From positions 1,095-65,094 of the IMG/VR virus record IMGVR_UViG_3300035180_001344: a stretch of DNA of 64,000 nucleotides. One strand, given 5' to 3'. This stretch comes from a virus (taxonomy: Duplodnaviria > Caudoviricetes). The position numbers and the translations under genes are program-made. Under the pieces are notes generated by a model that was not told where the DNA came from, did not search any database, and was given only the letters and a program-made list of their open reading frames with translations. Of this stretch, positions 59,474 to 64,000 are shown one piece after another. How positions within the stretch are numbered: position 1 is the first letter of the stretch; each line of letters opens with the position of its first letter.

Positions 59474-59683
59474 ATGTCATCAACGTCGGAGGCAACTGTC
59501 ATTGTAAATGGTGTGTCATTGACACAAGGACAAGCAATGACAATGCGTGTAGCGCTGTCGGCATTCTTGCATGAAATGTCGGAACCAACCGCTCTTGGCA
59601 CTGATGAACACGGTCGAGCAATGACAGACCTATACAGACTTGCATCTGATCGAATTATTCAGCTGATGATTGGACAGCAATGA
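59474..59683 (+). CDS. hypothetical protein
   Basis: AAGGA SD. Confidence 0.7.
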   Translation: MSSTSEATVIVNGVSLTQGQAMTMRVALSAFLHEMSEPTALGTDEHGRAMTDLYRLASDRIIQLMIGQQ

Positions 59684-59773
59684 CGTAACAATCATAAATA
59701 CTCTCACATCAATCAAAGGGATTGGTGTCCTAGAACTTTAAGACTTGAACAGACTTCCTAGAAGGGAAACATC

Positions 59774-61084
59774 ATGAAAAACTACATTGGCATTAGCCGC
59801 GACCATTCCATCTCCATGCGCAGTATTGCAAAAGCAGCTGCGAAGGATTACAACGAAACAATCGGCGTAATTCGTGACCAAGCAGCAACTGCTGGTCAAG
59901 ACACAATCGTAAGTGTCGTCCGTTGCGGATCCGGCCCACGCGCCGCAGTAATCCGCGAATCGATCAACAGCAGCATTTCAGTTCTCAAACCGATTGGTGA
60001 AGGACAGTACGTTACTGACGGAGGTTCAACTCCGCTGTTTGACAGCGTTGGTGACCTGATTGAGCAACTGGAAGCAACTCCCGATGCAAAAGACCCCAAC
60101 ACTTCTTTCCTTGTGATGGCAATCACCGACGGTGAAGAAAACTCTTCACAACGTTGGAGCGCCCGCTCACTGATGCAGAAAATTGGTGATTTGCAGAGAA
60201 CCGATCGTTGGACATTTGTGTTCCGTGTCCCCCGTGGTAATGCACGTGCAATGAGCCGCTCATTCGGTGTGCCAGAAGGCAACATCCTTGAATGGGATCA
60301 AACAGACCGTGGATTTGCTGTGTCCACCCAAGCTACGAAAGAAGCGTTTACGCAGTACTACACAGACTTGAAGGCAGGCGTCAAGTCTACCAACAAGTTC
60401 TACACAAACATGAGCAACGTCTCTGTTGCTGACGTCAAAGCAAACTTGGTTGACATTTCCAGTGTGATCAATCTGTGGCTTACGGCACAAAAGGAATCAA
60501 TCCGCCCGTTCTGTGAGCGTATGTCTGGTAAGTCGTTCATCAAGGGTGCTGCGTTCTATCAGTTGACCAAGACTGAACCCGAAGTGCAGGATTACAAGCA
60601 GATTGTGATCCGCGACAAGGTATCAGGCGCTGTGTATGGCGGTCATGCTGCTCGTGATATGCTTGGCCTGCCGCGTAGTGGTATGGCATATGTCAAGCCT
60701 GGCGATCATGGTCAATACGACATCTACATCCAGTCAACATCGATCAACCGTGTTCTGCCACCCGGCACACAAATGATTTACTGGCCGACGCACGATCAAC
60801 CAATCACAGCACCCGTTGCCACTGCAACCAAAGCAACAAAGACTGCTACGCCGATTGTTGCGCAAACTCCGTTTGTTCCAAAGCAAAAGGTCGCTCCTGT
60901 TGCCAAGTCCAATCTGCATTCTGCTGGTTATATTTCTGGATACAAAGCAGGGTTCATCTTGGGTAAAGCAAAGTCGCCCGTGGCATCTGCCCCAACAACG
61001 TCTCAATACTCAACGGAGTTCCGTAATGGTTACGTTGTTGGATACAAAGACGGTCGTGGTAAGAAAAAGCAGCTGTACAAGTAA
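59774..61084 (+). CDS. vWA-domain protein
   Basis: MIDAS DHSISM, TPLFDSVG, ITDGEENSS. Confidence 0.85.
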   Translation: MKNYIGISRDHSISMRSIAKAAAKDYNETIGVIRDQAATAGQDTIVSVVRCGSGPRAAVIRESINSSISVLKPIGEGQYVTDGGSTPLFDSVGDLIEQLEATPDAKDPNTSFLVMAITDGEENSSQRWSARSLMQKIGDLQRTDRWTFVFRVPRGNARAMSRSFGVPEGNILEWDQTDRGFAVSTQATKEAFTQYYTDLKAGVKSTNKFYTNMSNVSVADVKANLVDISSVINLWLTAQKESIRPFCERMSGKSFIKGAAFYQLTKTEPEVQDYKQIVIRDKVSGAVYGGHAARDMLGLPRSGMAYVKPGDHGQYDIYIQSTSINRVLPPGTQMIYWPTHDQPITAPVATATKATKTATPIVAQTPFVPKQKVAPVAKSNLHSAGYISGYKAGFILGKAKSPVASAPTTSQYSTEFRNGYVVGYKDGRGKKKQLYK

Positions 61085-61095
61085 CCCTCAATAGG

Positions 61096-61143
61096 TTGAC
61101 GGAAACGAGGTGATCCAGTAAAATGGATCACCTTTCCCTTTTT
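61096..61143 (+). promoter_or_regulatory. promoter with -10 inside terminator hairpin
   Basis: TTGACG-N17-TAAAAT; AGGTGATCCA/TGGATCACCT stem plus T-rich tail. Confidence 0.65.
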
Positions 61144-61153
61144 GGAGCCTGTA

Positions 61154-61441
61154 ATGGCAAACCGCAGAAAAACTTATCCGCTTCCTGATTACAAGACTGT
61201 CACAGAGGATATTGACGTGTATATCAAAGCGTGGCGAAGTCTAGCAGCTCCAATTGAACGCGAGCTTGGGTTGACGTTGAATGGATTTGATCCTGTGTTC
61301 AACTTCCTAAAAGGTAATCCACAAACTAACAACGTCACGTCTGTGGATTTACCTGTTTGGTTTGTTCGTGACCTGTCAGAAGCACTCGTTAAAAAGAACA
61401 ACGAAGTATATGCAAATGTTGATTGGAACAATCTGCGATGA
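61154..61441 (+). CDS. hypothetical protein
   Basis: GGAG SD. Confidence 0.7.
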   Translation: MANRRKTYPLPDYKTVTEDIDVYIKAWRSLAAPIERELGLTLNGFDPVFNFLKGNPQTNNVTSVDLPVWFVRDLSEALVKKNNEVYANVDWNNLR

Positions 61442-61875
61442 GAGTTGGTCAACTCATTGGTGCTGGATCCAATCGCTTGGTTGATTTGGAATGTTTGATC
61501 ACGTCGATCAAAGATGGCGTGATCAAAGCATGGGTTGTCAATGGTAATTGGGATATTACATTCACACCTACACAAACGATCTGCCACACGCCGTGGGGTG
61601 ATCGTCCAATTGACGCAAAAATCATCTACACTGGTGATCTCCCTCAATATCTGCGCTTGGAATACCGGTACGAGGCTTCATACAATGAGGCTATTGCGAT
61701 AATGAACAAACGGCTACGCTCCCATACACCAATGTGGGTGTATGCGTTGGCACAAAACGTTCGCGTTCGCACTTCACGATTGACAAATGCATTACACGCT
61801 GCAAAGACAGCTTTTGTTGATGCTTGGGGTGGTCCAACAGCCGCGGCTACATACCATGACGAAATTCCGTTCTGA
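61438..61875 (+). CDS. hypothetical protein
   Basis: ATGA overlap. Confidence 0.65.
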   Translation: MRVGQLIGAGSNRLVDLECLITSIKDGVIKAWVVNGNWDITFTPTQTICHTPWGDRPIDAKIIYTGDLPQYLRLEYRYEASYNEAIAIMNKRLRSHTPMWVYALAQNVRVRTSRLTNALHAAKTAFVDAWGGPTAAATYHDEIPF

Positions 61876-62359
61876 TTGTTGCTTCCCAATCAAAGGTATC
61901 TCTCATGATCTCCCCATAGGAGATCATCCTGGTGCGTTTGGATTTAGGAGAAAACATCATATTCATGAAGGGATTGATCTGTATGCTCCTAAAACGGCAC
62001 CAATTTACGCAATCAGTACGGGAACAATCGTAGCGATCTATCAATTCACAGGTGAGCGTATTGGAATGCCGTGGTGGAATGATACGTTCGCAATTGCAGT
62101 TGCAGATGAAACAGGAACGTGGGTGTACGGAGAAGTTAGCCAACCGCTCGTCCATAAAGTAGGGGATACCGTTGAAGCTGAAAAGTATTTGGCACAGCTT
62201 ACACCGGTGTTAAAGGTCGACAAAGGCCGTCCAATGACGATGCTTCATCTTGAACGATGGAAACCAAACTACGGGCCTCATACATTTCTGTGGCAACTTG
62301 ATCAACCACAGCCAGAGTTCCTACTTGATCCTACACCGCTACTTTTGGAGATCAAATGA
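61856..62359 (+). CDS. M23-family peptidase-like protein
   Basis: HEGIDL, LHLE. Confidence 0.75.
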   Translation: MTKFRSDCCFPIKGISHDLPIGDHPGAFGFRRKHHIHEGIDLYAPKTAPIYAISTGTIVAIYQFTGERIGMPWWNDTFAIAVADETGTWVYGEVSQPLVHKVGDTVEAEKYLAQLTPVLKVDKGRPMTMLHLERWKPNYGPHTFLWQLDQPQPEFLLDPTPLLLEIK

Positions 62360-62514
62360 GAATCAAAGGCACTATTCTGTACTCTCATAGAGGGTACGAT
62401 GTTGTGCAACTTGGCCCGACAGATTTTGAAATCTGGAATGGCAATTGTTACCAAACATCATCAGGCGCGGCTTGGGGCTGCATCTGTTGGATTGATGAGA
62501 GACTATCACCATGA
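62356..62514 (+). CDS. small hypothetical protein (52 aa)
   Basis: Below track cutoff. MRIKGTILYSHRGY..., ATGA overlaps at both ends, GGAG SD. Confidence 0.6.
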   Translation: MRIKGTILYSHRGYDVVQLGPTDFEIWNGNCYQTSSGAAWGCICWIDERLSP

Positions 62515-63260
62515 GCAAACCATACATCGGTATTACGGACTTTATGACGCCAGAGCAGGTATTGCAAGCAGTTGAATGCATTCCTGCTAATATCAATCGT
62601 CGTCTCCACGTGGGACACATGATGAGTTGGAAAACACTCAATCATGTTCCTACGTCCACTGGATGGGAACACATCTGGTTGCAGCAATGGAATATTCAAA
62701 AAGTATTCATCAAGCACCCTAACGTGTTCAATGTATTGCACTATGCAGATTACGACGACAAGACAACGATGGTTGACTTGATGAATGCACAAAAGTACGG
62801 TGGACAATATCTTCACGCCATTCAACTGGACATGAAGTGGCCAGATCCACAACTACTACGCTCCTTCAAAGCCGTGTTCCCAACAATCAAGATCATCCAG
62901 CAAGTTGGACATACGGCAATCAAAGAGTCGTATGATTGGGAACGAGATCTCGCCGCATACGAAGGAATTGCTGATTACGTTCTACTTGATTGTGGGATGG
63001 GTAAGGGAATTCCTTTCACCCCAGAACATATGTTGGAATTAGTAGAAACTGCTCTGATGTACTTTGATGAAGATCAAATTGCTGTTGCAGGCGGCCTTGG
63101 TCCTTATACGTATCTCAATCTGAAACCGGTTGTTGATGTGTACCAAGATATCAGCTGTGATGCACAAGGACAGATGCGAACTACTAACAATGCAACACAT
63201 CCAATTGAAATGGATAGAGTGTGTGCCTACATCCAGGGAGTGTGCAGCTTGATCCGTTGA
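62511..63260 (+). CDS. TIM-barrel protein, TrpF (PRAI)-like
   Basis: AIQLD, VLLDCGMGKG, VAGGLGP. Confidence 0.55.
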   Translation: MSKPYIGITDFMTPEQVLQAVECIPANINRRLHVGHMMSWKTLNHVPTSTGWEHIWLQQWNIQKVFIKHPNVFNVLHYADYDDKTTMVDLMNAQKYGGQYLHAIQLDMKWPDPQLLRSFKAVFPTIKIIQQVGHTAIKESYDWERDLAAYEGIADYVLLDCGMGKGIPFTPEHMLELVETALMYFDEDQIAVAGGLGPYTYLNLKPVVDVYQDISCDAQGQMRTTNNATHPIEMDRVCAYIQGVCSLIR

Positions 63261-63311
63261 CCCTATGTAGGTTTGATTGTATAGTGCGTTCACTTATTAC
63301 GAAAGATCATC

Positions 63312-64000
63312 ATGCAAACAGCACAACAACTATTCGATGCACTTGTCCAGCTGACGCTGGAAGGTGAGACGTTCTATGCACAAGACTTCCAACTGGACAG
63401 CTCTGTGTACCGGATCTTCAACTACCGCCTGTCTTCGTACAGTGATTTCTTGCGTCCATCAGCACTGGAATGCCGTGGCATCATGTTTGAGCTGGACGTA
63501 GAGAACCTGTGTGTCAAACGTTTGGCTGCTCGTCCGATGCAAAAGTTCTTCAACTTGAACGAAAACCCAATGACGATGGATCTTGATCTGTCGCAGGTTG
63601 ATACTGTTGAGTCGAAGGCTGATGGTTCGTTGATGTCAACGTTCACACACAACGGCAGCCTGCGGTTGAAGTCGAAAGGATCGTTGTTTTCGGAACAGGC
63701 GCTCGACGGAATGCTGTGGCTGAACGCCAACCCGCTGATGCACCGAGCGTTGTTGGCTCTTGATGATCTCGGCTGGACTGTCAATCTGGAATGGTGTGCT
63801 CCGCACAACCGTATCGTGATCGGCTACATGTCGGCTCATTTGAAGGTGTTGAATGCGCGCTACCGCGGCACCGGTGCCTACATGGACCGTCGCACGTTGG
63901 AAGACGTTTGCGGGAAGCAAAACGTGATTGACCGTGTTGACACGAACGGTCTTGATACGGCTGCGTTTGTACAAAGCATTCCAGCAATGCAAGACGACAT
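63312..64000 (+). CDS. rnlA: RNA ligase 1 (T4 RnlA-like), truncated by window edge
   Basis: Not in ORF track. Read manually: IFNYRLSSYSDF, LECRGIMF, RPMQKFFNLNEN, KADGSL; promoter TTGACC-N17-TATAGT upstream. Confidence 0.92.
   Translation, partial: MQTAQQLFDALVQLTLEGETFYAQDFQLDSSVYRIFNYRLSSYSDFLRPSALECRGIMFELDVENLCVKRLAARPMQKFFNLNENPMTMDLDLSQVDTVESKADGSLMSTFTHNGSLRLKSKGSLFSEQALDGMLWLNANPLMHRALLALDDLGWTVNLEWCAPHNRIVIGYMSAHLKVLNARYRGTGAYMDRRTLEDVCGKQNVIDRVDTNGLDTAAFVQSIPAMQDD

Noticed and set aside
82-63992. Numerous antisense or alternate-frame ORFs in the track (e.g. 17786-18355, 35259-35888, 63422-63808)
   Set aside because: Shadows of well-supported genes, with no motifs
1-64000. Genome-wide TAG recoding (code 15) suggested by the CUA tRNA
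   Set aside because: All long core genes are intact under code 11 and coding density is high

Overview
A 64-kb segment of a large T4-related (jumbo-type) myophage, probably infecting a Proteobacterium (inference). It is densely coded, mostly on the minus strand to ~51.7 kb and on the plus strand after that. Replication genes: family B polymerase, clamp, helicase, primase, RNase H, two-subunit topoisomerase II, NAD-dependent ligase. Nucleotide/NAD genes: class II RNR, dCMP deaminase, ThyA, DHFR, Prs, NMNAT-Nudix. Also a PrkA-YeaH-SpoVR operon, cell-wall enzymes, an Acb1-like 2H enzyme, and a translation/RNA-repair toolkit (two RNA ligases, Thg1, Pth2-like hydrolase). RNA genes read directly from the sequence: a circularly permuted tmRNA, tRNA-Gly, an atypical tRNA-Met, a CUA amber-suppressor tRNA, a ~0.9-kb GOLLD-like RNA and an unassigned ~0.4-kb structured RNA. 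The best candidate for an undescribed system is a leader at 50115-50299 (minus strand). A short uORF (MFQSSM) ends in UAG. If read through, it continues into a Gly-Pro-Pro motif at the base of a stem that hides the Shine-Dalgarno of a two-gene operon ending in a peptidyl-tRNA hydrolase. This looks like an amber-readthrough-sensing translational switch in a genome that encodes its own amber suppressor. All calls come from motif recognition by eye; no database searches were run.
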